Shown: one piece after another, positions 25,425-32,000 of the stretch
Numbering within the stretch: the first letter of the stretch is position 1
How the letters are laid out: every line of letters starts with the position of its first letter
NCBI RefSeq assembly: GCF_001598795.1
Contig: NZ_BCZP01000014.1
Coordinates: forward strand, 30,001-62,000
DNA from: Delftia acidovorans NBRC 14950
GTDB taxonomy: Bacteria > Pseudomonadota > Gammaproteobacteria > Burkholderiales > Burkholderiaceae_C
Length of the DNA: 32,000 bases
Direction of reading: 5' to 3'
Notes under the pieces: generated by a model
Seen by the model: the letters and a program-made list of their open reading frames with translations, nothing else
What the model was told of the DNA's origin: nothing
Database searches by the model: none
Program-made: the position numbers and the translations under genes

Positions 25425-25600
25425 TCCCAGGCCGAGCGCAGCGACCGCCACGACGCAGGTTGCCCGCAGCGAAGCGGAGGGTCGCGGACATTCGGGTCGC
25501 CTTCTTTGATCTGACCTTTCTTGGCGAATCAAGAAAGGGCAGTCGGCTGCCGGGCCGAGACCCAGCCTCGAAAAGAACCCCCCGGCAGGGGCAAAAACAA
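25425..25600 (-). repeat. REP-like repeat, family B, right copy (inverted relative to the left copy)
   Basis: It starts directly after the stop of the GlxA-like gene with gcccctgccggggg-ttctttt (hairpin plus T-run on the minus strand). It contains cctttcttg-gcgaat-caagaaagg (25515-25538), which corresponds to the palindrome in the left copy. Confidence 0.75.
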
Positions 25601-26620
25601 TCAAGCAGCCCCCACCCTCCACCGCCTCCTGGGCGCCCTCAGCGCATGCCTTTCCCGATAGGCAGCAGGCGCCATCCCTACATACCGCAAGAACACCCGC
25701 CGAAACGCAGAGGCATCCCCATACCCGCAGGCCAGCGCCACGGACGGCACGCTCTCGAGCGTGATCTCCAGCAGCACCCGGGCTCGCGCGCATCGCAGGC
25801 GGTGCAGGTGGTCCAGCGGGCTGTGGCCCAGTTCCTGCTGGAAGTGGCGCAGCAGGGTGCGCGGGCTGGTGGATGCCGCGTGCGCGAGGGCCTGCAGGTC
25901 ATAGGGCTGCTCCACGCGCGCCTCCAGCCAGGCGATGGCATGGGCCAGCACGCTGTTGCGCGTGGCGGGAATGCGGCGGTCCTGCAGGGCGGCGCGGGTG
26001 GCGCGTTCACGCTGGGCATCGGGCTGCAGCACGGCGGCCAGCGCTGCGGCCAGGTCGTCGCCGAAGGCATGGCGTGTGAGCGCGACGGCCATGGGTGCCA
26101 GGGCCTCGGGGTGGGAGGCGCTGAGCCAGGGCCTGTCGTCCACGAAGGGCTGGCCCTCGGCCAGTTCGATGCCCGGGAAGTCCAGGCCGAAGCCGCCCAT
26201 GAAATACCAGGGCAGGGCCACAAGCCGGCCCTGGCAGCGGCCGCCCGCTGCCGCAAACCAGGCGGCGCTGCCCAGCGTGCAGACGGCCAGGCCCTGGTCG
26301 AAGGCCGTGGTGATGCGGCGCACCAGGGCCGGATGCGCGGCGACGATGTCGCGGATGGAGGGTATGTCGGGGCAATGCAGCGCGCTCACGAAGACGGCCT
26401 GCGCGGGCCCCTCGGCTGCCGCGCCTTCGGTCGCATGCGGCATGGCAGGCAGGGGCCGGCCCTGGCCATCGACCCAGCGCCAGCCAAAGCGTGGCGCACG
26501 CCGGCCCAGGCGCAGGCTGGCGACCAGGTTGGCGCTGCGCAGCATCTCCACCAGGTGCGCGGCATGGCCGATGGCGCTGTGCTCCAGGCAGGGCAGCTCG
26601 ATGATGAAGGTCCGTGGCAT
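25601..26620 (-). CDS. GlxA-family (DJ-1/PfpI-like domain + AraC HTH) transcriptional regulator
   Basis: The C-terminal AraC HTH is SPRTLLRHFQQELGHSPLDHLHRLRCARARVLLE ... VALACGYGDASAFRRVFLRYVGMAPAAYR. The N-terminal part resembles the amidotransferase-like GlxA sensor domain. Confidence 0.8.
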   Translation of the reverse strand: MPRTFIIELPCLEHSAIGHAAHLVEMLRSANLVASLRLGRRAPRFGWRWVDGQGRPLPAMPHATEGAAAEGPAQAVFVSALHCPDIPSIRDIVAAHPALVRRITTAFDQGLAVCTLGSAAWFAAAGGRCQGRLVALPWYFMGGFGLDFPGIELAEGQPFVDDRPWLSASHPEALAPMAVALTRHAFGDDLAAALAAVLQPDAQRERATRAALQDRRIPATRNSVLAHAIAWLEARVEQPYDLQALAHAASTSPRTLLRHFQQELGHSPLDHLHRLRCARARVLLEITLESVPSVALACGYGDASAFRRVFLRYVGMAPAAYRERHALRAPRRRWRVGAA

Positions 26621-26716
26621 GGCGGTTCTGGCTCCTCGAATGGCGATTTTGACGTGCCCGTCATACGTGCTTCACTTTTAGCATGGCTGCTTGTGCCACT
26701 TTCCAGGACCACGAAG

Positions 26717-28093
26717 ATGCTCCACACCAACGCCGAGACAAAGCCTTCCTCCCTCCCGCGCACAGGCCTGCGCTCCATCGCTTTGGCCGGGCTGCTGGCC
26801 TGCGGCCTGCCACTGGCGGCCAGCGCCCAGGGGCTCGATGCACAGGGCCTGGCGGCCCTGGATACCGCCATCCAGCCGCTGGCGCCCAAGATGGTGCAAT
26901 GGCGCCGCGACATCCACCAGCACCCCGAACTGTCGGGGCAGGAAGAACGCACGGCCAAGCTGGTGGCCGATCACCTGCGCCGCCTGGGCATGGAGGTGCA
27001 GACCGGCGTGGGCGGCACGGGCGTGGTGGGCGTGCTGCGCGGCGGCCAGCCGGGCAAGACCGTGGCGCTGCGTGCCGACATGGACGCGCTGCCCGTGGCC
27101 GAGAAGACCGGCCTGCCCTTTGCCTCCAAGGCCAAGGCCCAGTACATGGGCAAGGAGGTTTCGGTCATGCATGCCTGCGGGCACGATGCCCACGTGGCCA
27201 TGCTCATGGGCGCGGCCGAGGCGCTGGCCGGCATGCGCGCGAAGCTGCCCGGCACGGTGAAGTTCATCTTCCAGCCCGCCGAGGAAGGCGCCCCGGTGGA
27301 GGCCGATGCCCACGGCCATGTGCCCAGCTTCGGCGCCAAGGCCATGGTGGAGGCCGGCGTGCTCAAGGACGTGCAGGCCATCTACGGCCTGCACATCACG
27401 GCCAATCTGCCCTCGGGCATGGTGGGCTATCGCAGCGGACCGCTGATGGCGGGTTCGGACAGCCTGAGCATCCAGGTCGAGGGCCGGGGCGGCCATGGCT
27501 CGTCGCCGTGGAATGCGGTCGATCCCATCGTCGCGGCCAGCCAGGTGGTGCTGGGCCTGCAGACCGTGGTCAGCCGCCAGCTCAACATCAGCCTGGAGCC
27601 GGCCGTGCTGACGATCGGCTCCATCCAGGGCGGCACGCGCTACAACATCATCCCGGACAACGTGGAGATGCAGGGCACGCTGCGCACCTTCGACGAGGAC
27701 ATGCGCCAGGAGGCACACAAGCGCATCACCGCCACGGCCGAGCAGATCGCGGCCTCCAGCGGCGCCAAGGCCAAGGTGCGTTTCGGCCCGGTGGCCTATC
27801 CGGTGACCACCAACCCCGCGGCATTGACCGAGGCCTCGCTGCCCGCGCTCAAGCTGGCCATGGGCGGCAAGGCCATGGTGATTCCCAAGGTCAGCGGCTC
27901 CGAGGATTTCTCGGAATTCCAGAAGGTGGTGCCGGGCTTCTTCTACTTCCTGGGGGCGCCGCCGGCCGGCCAGGATTTCGCGAAGGCGCCGTCCAACCAC
28001 TCGCCGCTGTTCGACATCGACGAGAAGCAACTGCCCACGGGCGCGCGCTCACTGGCCGCGCTGGCCGTGGACTATTTGCAGCGCAACCCATAG
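26717..28093 (+). CDS. secreted M20D-family amidohydrolase (aminoacylase / hippurate hydrolase-like)
   Basis: ORF 25340..28093 trimmed to ATG 26717 (MLHTNAETK...). Signal peptide ...LPLAASAQG, then WRRDIHQHPELSGQE, RADMDALP, MHACGHDAH and FQPAEEG. Confidence 0.85.
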   Translation: MLHTNAETKPSSLPRTGLRSIALAGLLACGLPLAASAQGLDAQGLAALDTAIQPLAPKMVQWRRDIHQHPELSGQEERTAKLVADHLRRLGMEVQTGVGGTGVVGVLRGGQPGKTVALRADMDALPVAEKTGLPFASKAKAQYMGKEVSVMHACGHDAHVAMLMGAAEALAGMRAKLPGTVKFIFQPAEEGAPVEADAHGHVPSFGAKAMVEAGVLKDVQAIYGLHITANLPSGMVGYRSGPLMAGSDSLSIQVEGRGGHGSSPWNAVDPIVAASQVVLGLQTVVSRQLNISLEPAVLTIGSIQGGTRYNIIPDNVEMQGTLRTFDEDMRQEAHKRITATAEQIAASSGAKAKVRFGPVAYPVTTNPAALTEASLPALKLAMGGKAMVIPKVSGSEDFSEFQKVVPGFFYFLGAPPAGQDFAKAPSNHSPLFDIDEKQLPTGARSLAALAVDYLQRNP

Positions 28094-28102
28094 TTATTGG
28101 AA

Positions 28103-28232
28103 TCCCCCTGAGCGGCGGACGCCGCTTCACGTTGCACGGCGCCCCCTCTCTCGCTACGCGGGAGGGGGACGGCACCCTCGCTGCGGGGCGGCGCGGCCGG
28201 CGTAGGCCCTTGCTCGGTGCCCCTGGCTTGAG
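28103..28232 (+). repeat. REP-like intergenic repeat, family A, copy 4 (with insertions)
   Basis: Sequence: tccccctg-agcggc/ggac/gccgct (28111-28126), ccccctc..gaggggg, then tgcggggcggc with an extra gcgcggccggcgtag insertion. It lies between convergent genes. Confidence 0.75.
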
Positions 28233-28259
28233 ATCGAGTCCGTGCGAACCGCGTCGGCT

Positions 28260-28829
28260 TTATTTGGCGCTAGCGATTGCCGATGGGCCTTTCCACCACC
28301 GGGCGATGGCGAGCCGGAACGGCAGCAGCAGCGCCACGCCCAGCACCAGCTTGACGCCCAGGTCGCCCAGGGCCCAGGTCACCCAGGGCTCGGCGGCGCC
28401 TGCGAAGGCGATGCTCCAGAACAGGAAGGTGTCCAGGCAGGCGGCCAGCAGCGTGGCCACCAGGGGGGCACGCCACCAGCGGCCTGCACGCAGGCGGTGG
28501 AACACGCCGATGTCCAGCCACTGCGAGGCAATGAAGGCCGCGCCCGAGGCCAGCGCGATGCGCGGCGGCGCCAGCACCAGCGAGGCGGCAACGGCCACGG
28601 CAAAGCCCACCCAGGCCACGCGCCTGGCCTGCTGCGGGCCGAAGCTGCGGTTGACCAGCTCGCTCACCAGGAAGGCGAACGGATAGGTGATGGCGCCCCA
28701 GGTCAGCCAGTCGTTGATGGCGTACTGCACCAGGATGTTGGACGACAGCACCACCACGCCCATGGCCGCAATGGCGGCCAGCAGCTGGGTGCGCGAGGGG
28801 GCGGCGAAACGGTGCGGACGCGGTGTCAT
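28260..28829 (-). CDS. yhhQ: queuosine-precursor transporter, YhhQ/VUT (DUF165) family
   Basis: A 189-aa polytopic membrane protein with ILVQYAINDWLTWGAITYPFAFLVSELVNRSFG ... LDTFLFWSIAF, which resembles the YhhQ family. Its ATG overlaps the TGA of the upstream gene (ATGA at 28826-28829). Confidence 0.7.
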   Translation of the reverse strand: MTPRPHRFAAPSRTQLLAAIAAMGVVVLSSNILVQYAINDWLTWGAITYPFAFLVSELVNRSFGPQQARRVAWVGFAVAVAASLVLAPPRIALASGAAFIASQWLDIGVFHRLRAGRWWRAPLVATLLAACLDTFLFWSIAFAGAAEPWVTWALGDLGVKLVLGVALLLPFRLAIARWWKGPSAIASAK

Positions 28830-30610
28830 GCTGCGCCACCGGAGCCGCGTGCGCCCGACGAGGGCAGGGGCAGCCCCAGGATGGCGCAGGCCACGGCCTC
28901 GCCCACCTTGACGCCATCCACGCCGGCCGACAGGATGCCGCCCGCGTAGCTGGCGCCTTCGCCGGCCGGGTACAGGCCGCGCGTGTTCAGGCTGTGGAAG
29001 TCCGCGCCGCGCTCGATCTTCACGGGCGAGGAGGTGCGCGTTTCCACGCCGGTGAGCACGGCATCGTGCATGTCGTAGCCGCGGATCTTCTTGCCGAAGG
29101 CGGGCAGGGCCTCGCGCATGGCCTCGATGGCGTAGGCCGGCAGCACGTGGTGCAGGTTGGTCAGCGTGATGCCGGGCTGGTAGGAGGGCTCGACCTCGCC
29201 CAGCGCGGCCGATTCCTTGCCCGCGATGAAGTCGCCCACCAGCTGGCCCGGCGCGTTGTAGTTGCGTCCGCCCAGCAGGTAGGCCTTGGTCTCCAGCTGG
29301 CGCTGCAGCACGATGCCCGACAGCGGGTGCAGCTCGCCGTCCTTGAGGTCTTCCACGCCATGGGTCTTGCCGTCGAAGGCCCAGGCAAAGCTCTTGGCAT
29401 CGCGCGGATAGTCGGAGGGGTCGATGGCGCAGACCATGCCGGCGTTGGCATTGCGCTCAGCACGCGAGTACTGGCTCATGCCGTTGGTGACCACGCGCTC
29501 GGGCTCGCTGGTGGCCGCCACCACGGTGCCGCCCGGGCACATGCAAAAGCTGTAGACCGCGCGCCCGTTGCTGGCGTGGTGCACCAGCTTGTAGTCGGCC
29601 GCGCCCAGCAGCGGGTGGCCGGCATGCCTGCCCCAGCGCGCCCGGTCGATCAGGCCCTGCGGATGCTCGATGCGAAAGCCCACCGAGAACGGCTTGGCCT
29701 CCATGTGCACGCCGCGTTCGTAGAACATGGCGAAGGTGTCGCGCGAGCTGTGGCCCAGGGCCATCACGGCATGGTCGGTCTCCAGCCACTGGCGCTCGCC
29801 GCTGTCCTGGTCCAGCACCTCCAGGGCGGTGAGATGGCGGTCCTCGCCCTCGCCCTCGATGCGCATGTCACACACGCGCTGGCCGAAGCGGATCTCGCCG
29901 CCCAGGCGGATGATTTCCTCGCGGATGCCCTCGACGACCTTCACCAGCTTGAAGGTGCCGATGTGCGGGTGCGCGGCATAGAGGATCTCGGGCGGTGCGC
30001 CGTGGGTGACGAACTCCTGCATCACCTTGCGGCCCAGGTGGCGCGGGTCCTTGATCTGGCTGTAGAGCTTGCCGTCGGAGAAGGTGCCTGCGCCGCCTTC
30101 GCCGAACTGCACATTGGACTCGGGCACCAGCTCGCGCTTGCGCCACAGGCCCCAGGTGTCCTGGGTGCGCTCGCGCACCGAGCGGCCGCGCTCGATCACG
30201 ATGGGCCTGAAGCCCATCTGCGCCAGCACCAGGGCCGCAAAGATGCCGCAGGGCCCGAAGCCCACCACCACGGGCCGGCGCTGCAGGTCGGCAGGCGCCT
30301 GGCCCACGGCATGCCAGCGCATGTCGGGCGTGGGGTTCACATGGGCATGGCTGGAGAACTGCTCCAGCAGTGCGGCTTCCTGGCTCTCGTCGGCCAGCGT
30401 CAGGTCCACGATGTAGACGGCCAGCAGCTCGGACTTGCGCGCATCGAAGCTGCGCTTGTGCACGTGCACGGAGGCAATGGCCTCCTCGGCAATGCCCAAC
30501 TGGCGCGCGGCCAGGGCGCGCAGCGGCTCCAGGGGCAGATATTCGGTGTGGCTGTCGGGGTGGTATTGCACCGCCGACAGGGGCAGTTTCAGTTCAGAGA
30601 CGCGGATCAT
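28826..30610 (-). CDS. NAD(P)/FAD-dependent oxidoreductase (COG2509-type uncharacterised FAD-dependent dehydrogenase)
   Basis: 594 aa. Dinucleotide-binding motif VVVGFGPCGIFAALVLAQMG, then FGEGGAGTFSDGKLY, FCMCPGG and the C-terminal YPAGEGASYAGGILSAGVDG. Confidence 0.75.
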   Translation of the reverse strand: MIRVSELKLPLSAVQYHPDSHTEYLPLEPLRALAARQLGIAEEAIASVHVHKRSFDARKSELLAVYIVDLTLADESQEAALLEQFSSHAHVNPTPDMRWHAVGQAPADLQRRPVVVGFGPCGIFAALVLAQMGFRPIVIERGRSVRERTQDTWGLWRKRELVPESNVQFGEGGAGTFSDGKLYSQIKDPRHLGRKVMQEFVTHGAPPEILYAAHPHIGTFKLVKVVEGIREEIIRLGGEIRFGQRVCDMRIEGEGEDRHLTALEVLDQDSGERQWLETDHAVMALGHSSRDTFAMFYERGVHMEAKPFSVGFRIEHPQGLIDRARWGRHAGHPLLGAADYKLVHHASNGRAVYSFCMCPGGTVVAATSEPERVVTNGMSQYSRAERNANAGMVCAIDPSDYPRDAKSFAWAFDGKTHGVEDLKDGELHPLSGIVLQRQLETKAYLLGGRNYNAPGQLVGDFIAGKESAALGEVEPSYQPGITLTNLHHVLPAYAIEAMREALPAFGKKIRGYDMHDAVLTGVETRTSSPVKIERGADFHSLNTRGLYPAGEGASYAGGILSAGVDGVKVGEAVACAILGLPLPSSGARGSGGAA

Positions 30611-31168
30611 GGCTTGTACCTATCAAGCAGAGGGCCGGCGATGGTAAGGCAAAGCAGCGCCCGGCACAGGCGGCAGCGGCTACATCCATGGAGCGTGCTC
30701 GGGTTCGCAAAGGCCAGGCGGGCGTGCGTGCGGGGCAGGCGGCCGGCGGGCCTGAAACACTGAAACACCAAGGGACTGGGACCGGGCCGCAAACCTTCGA
30801 TGCATTGGCCCAGGCTTGCGGGAAATGCAAGGCATGCGAATGCATGTGCCCGATGACTGCAATGGGCGCTTTGCTGGTGATATCAATAGCATGCCAATCA
30901 ATAGGCGAACTTTTGATTCTCCCCATGAGAATCAGAAAATTCCTAGAAGGAAAATCCCATTGTCAAAAAAGGTGTATTTGCTGGAGAGGCGATTTCCAGG
31001 ATCATTTGATCCCTCCATCAGTTTCCTGCGGGCATAGCCGGAAGCTTTTGGGGCTTTTTCAAGAGAGGGTTGCCGGCAAGGGAAGCCATATGCGGGCAAT
31101 GGAGTTCAACCAGATTGACATGCTGGCCTCAATTCCGGGTGCGCGGGTATTGAGGCTGGTTACGCCAT

Positions 31169-32000
31169 ATGAAAAAAACAATGGGAGGCGCCGCGCTCCG
31201 CGGCGCATTGGGAGTCATCGCCTGCGGGCTGGCAGGGGTGGGTGCCGTCCGGTCGGAAGTGGTATCCCGGGTCACGGCCCTGCCAGAGTCCGCCACGCGG
31301 GTGAACATGGGTGATGGCGGCCGCGTTCAGGTCACGCCGGCCCAGGTCAAGGACGGTGTTTCATACAACGGCTTCAGCCAGTTCGATGTGGGCAAGGCCG
31401 GGCTCACGTTCCTGAATGAGGGCGTCAAGGCACGGACCATCGTGGCCGAGGTGTTCTCCGCTGCGCCCTCCCATATCACAGGAACCATCGATGTCAATGG
31501 CCCCCGCGCCAATCTGATTTTTGCGAATCAGAACGGCATCCGCGTCAATGGCGGCAGCTTTGTCAATTTCGGCAGCGTTGCGCTGACCACGGGCGCCGTG
31601 ACGCTGCGCGATCAATTGCAGCCCTCGGGTTATGTCCAGCGGCTGGTGGATGTCCATACCAAGCAGGGCGAGATCGTGATTGGCGAGCAAGGGGTGTCAG
31701 GCAATCTGATCCGTCTGGAGATGATCGCCAAAAGCATTGCCCTGCAGGGTGCCGTCACCAACGAGTTCTCATCATCAAGCGCCCTGGTCCGCATGGTGGC
31801 CGGGGAATCCACGGCCCAGTTCGATACGGCGGCGTCGCCAACGGACAACTTGACGCCATGGGTCTACTACGAGGGAGGGAAGGCGCGCAGCACCGCATTG
31901 GCGGTGGACCTGAATGCGGATTCCAAGGTCACCTCCGGGCGTATCGAGATTCTGGTGACCGACCAGGGCGCCGGTGTGCGCAACCAGGGGCAGATGGTGG
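31169..32000 (+). CDS. two-partner-secretion exoprotein (TpsA / filamentous haemagglutinin / CdiA-like), N-terminal part, open at the window end
   Basis: My own translation from ATG 31169 has no stop through 31999 (277 codons). Signal-like MKKTMGGAALRGALGVIACGLAGVGA is followed by YNGFSQFDVGKAGLTFLNEG..IVAEVFSAAPSHITGTIDVNGPRANLIFANQNGIRVNGGSFVNFGSVALTTG, the TPS/haemagglutination-activity pattern. It is absent from the supplied ORF track because it has no stop in the window. Confidence 0.75.
   Translation, partial: MKKTMGGAALRGALGVIACGLAGVGAVRSEVVSRVTALPESATRVNMGDGGRVQVTPAQVKDGVSYNGFSQFDVGKAGLTFLNEGVKARTIVAEVFSAAPSHITGTIDVNGPRANLIFANQNGIRVNGGSFVNFGSVALTTGAVTLRDQLQPSGYVQRLVDVHTKQGEIVIGEQGVSGNLIRLEMIAKSIALQGAVTNEFSSSSALVRMVAGESTAQFDTAASPTDNLTPWVYYEGGKARSTALAVDLNADSKVTSGRIEILVTDQGAGVRNQGQMV

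Noticed and set aside
25340-26716. N-terminal 459 codons of the 917-aa plus-strand ORF 25340..28093.
   Set aside because: This part runs antisense through the GlxA/AraC gene and the family B repeat. The recognisable M20D protein begins with its own signal peptide at ATG 26717.
5283-28232. Whether the recurring family A/B repeats could be a CRISPR array or a degenerate one.
   Set aside because: Copies are more than 100 bp long, separated by kilobases of coding sequence, differ in orientation and have no regular repeat-spacer periodicity. No cas genes are present.
30370-31314. ORFs in the AT-rich spacer (30370..31314 plus strand, 30594..30926 minus strand, 30816..31037 plus strand, 30680..30901 minus strand).
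   Set aside because: They overlap the FAD-oxidoreductase start or the TpsA start out of frame. They have Cys/Arg/His-rich implausible composition and no RBS. 30370..31314 is largely antisense read-through of the neighbouring gene.
31327-31848. Minus-strand ORFs 31327..31512, 31361..31690 and 31630..31848.
   Set aside because: They are antisense to the TPS-domain coding frame, which carries strong family motifs.

Overview
This is a GC-rich segment, roughly two-thirds G+C by eye. It looks like Burkholderiales, probably Comamonadaceae: it has many Bug/TctC solute-binding genes, strongly G/C-biased third codon positions, and long spurious antisense ORFs. I saw no rRNA, tRNA, CRISPR array, transposase or integrase.

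Layout:
(1) 1-4.3 kb holds housekeeping or conserved genes: pyrC, a NYN+LOTUS protein translationally coupled to a DUF3025 protein, htpX, and a Trp/Gly-repeat lipoprotein.
(2) 4.3-24.4 kb holds a divergent LysR regulator and a long, almost gap-free plus-strand acyl-CoA catabolic cluster. Its genes are a FadB-like multifunctional enzyme, a thiolase, two adjacent acyl-CoA dehydrogenases, a crotonase, a family III CoA-transferase, an NMO/FabK-like flavoenzyme, a dedicated etfBA pair, an acyl-CoA synthetase, a class II aldolase and a GhrA-like 2-hydroxyacid dehydrogenase. Four orphan Bug/TctC binding proteins are interspersed. My best reading is a pim/dca-like dicarboxylate beta-oxidation locus.
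(3) 24.4-25.6 kb is an odd patch: an 89-codon orphan ORF with a coupled 19-codon uORF and a densely structured leader of about 250 nt, bracketed by inverted copies of a REP-like repeat (family B).
(4) 25.6-30.6 kb holds a GlxA/AraC regulator divergent from a secreted M20D amidohydrolase, and a yhhQ-type queuosine-precursor transporter coupled to a COG2509-type FAD protein.
(5) 30.6-32.0 kb is an AT-rich spacer followed by an open-ended TpsA/CdiA-like two-partner-secretion exoprotein gene. The ORF track does not list it because it has no stop in the window.

A second REP-like repeat (family A) occurs four times, and its hairpins are preserved by compensatory changes.

The strongest candidates for something new are the 24.4-25.6 kb cassette and the A-first TPS/CDI-like locus at the right edge. 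I cannot show from sequence alone that either is a new system. All family assignments come from motif recognition by eye, not from database searches.
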